A stretch of 64,000 nt of DNA from Chiloscyllium plagiosum. Its lineage: Eukaryota. Numbering within the stretch: position 1 is the first letter of the stretch; each line of letters starts with the position of its first letter. Positions 63,040 through 64,000 of this stretch are shown here, one piece after another. Both the position numbers and the translations under genes were made by a program. The notes below the pieces were generated by a model. It had not been told where the DNA came from. It saw nothing but the letters and a program-made list of their open reading frames with translations, and did no database searches. The stretch spans positions 20,338,915 to 20,402,914 of the forward strand of contig NC_057718.1 of the NCBI RefSeq assembly GCF_004010195.1, given 5' to 3'.

Positions 63040-63150
63040 TGTCCTGCAAGGATTCCACTCCATTCTCCCAGTTCCTTTTTCCTAAGTCGTATCTGTTTGG
63101 ATGATGCCACCTTTCAAAACAGTGCTGTTGACATGGCTTCTTTCTTTAGA
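63040..63150 (+). mobile_element. Penelope-like RT fragment
   Basis: cctgcaaggattcc...cattctcccagttcc...cgtatctgtttggatgatgccaccttt resembles the KDSIPFSQFLRLRRICSDD motif also seen degraded at ~51090-51140. Confidence 0.55.
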
Positions 63151-63459
63151 ATATGCAGCTGTTTGATACAATTCAAAGGCTTGCTAGACCATTTCAGAGG
63201 GCAGTTAAGAGTCAAATGCATTGCTGTAGATCCGGCGTCAATTACCTTTTTCAATCACTTCCTCTTTAACAGATTTTCTTGTTCTGGATGAATAAATCTG
63301 CAGCAAAGGAATTTTGATCTTTTTACTCAAATCATTTTCTAGTCTGTTTCAGTGATGTGCCATTGTCCACATTCATTTTCTTCCAGTTGGTTCCTCAAAA
63401 GTGAAGACATAATTTCCACTTCTTACATAATTTCCTACAAACATTTGTATTACTTTCTC

Positions 63460-64000
63460 ATAGAGTCATAAAGTCATAGAGTCTTACAGCACAGAGACAA
63501 ACCCTTTGGCCCAAACTGATCCATGCTGACCAAAATGTTCATCCACGCTAACCCCACTTCCCTGCACTTGGCCTATATCCTTCTAATCCTTTCCTATCCA
63601 TGTATTTATTCAAATGCCTTTTTAATATTGTTAATGTCCTTGCCTCAACCACTTCCCCTGGCAGCTCATTCCATATACGTACCACCCTCGGTGTAAAAAA
63701 AGTTGCCTCTCAGGTTCCCTTTTATTCTTTTCCCTGTAACTTTAAACTGATGCCCTTAGTCCTTGATTCCCCAACCCTGGAAAAAGACTGAGTACATTCA
63801 CCCTTTCTATGCCTCTCATGATCATATAAGGTCCCCCCTCAGCCTCCTTTGCCCTTAAAAAAAAGTCCTAGCTTATCCAACCTCTCCCTATAACTCAGAC
63901 CATTGAATCCAGGCAACATCCTTATAAATTTCTTCTGTACTTTTTCTAGTTTAATTACATCCTTTCTATAATAAGGTGACCAAAATTTAACACAATACTC
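63460..64000 (-). mobile_element. CR1 3' fragment (runs off the window)
   Basis: (catagagt)n tail and homology to 25540-26045. Confidence 0.88.

Noticed and set aside
1..64000. CRISPR array or prokaryotic operon/defence system
   Set aside because: Vertebrate intron-exon DNA; there are no regularly spaced repeat-spacer units, and the repeated short motifs are retroelement termini.

Overview
Eukaryotic genomic DNA, almost certainly a cartilaginous fish; the HE1-type SINEs, DeuSINE, CR1 and Penelope families point to a shark, possibly an orectolobiform (inference). There are two host genes in convergent orientation. (1) The 3' end of a giant-exon AHNAK-family gene on + (<1..3468) has ~400-aa tandem super-repeats and a short AHNAK-like tail. 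(2) A six-coding-exon EDARADD-family gene on - (59088..8126, 222 aa) that I assembled by hand. All its GT/AG junctions are phase-compatible and it keeps the TRAF motifs and death domain; its exon 1 lies beyond a 500-N gap. The introns are packed with CR1 LINEs (two near full length, one nested), two Gypsy remnants, a solo LTR, hAT and Tc1/pogo remnants, SINEs and about a dozen Penelope-like insertions or fragments. Main points of interest: minimal hammerhead ribozymes in the Penelope termini (two with intact core and stem I, at 37223-37260 and 60232-60266); fold-back palindromes that duplicate flanking DNA at Penelope insertions; and an AHNAK-like/EDARADD linkage not seen in human, which may mark a retained ohnolog.
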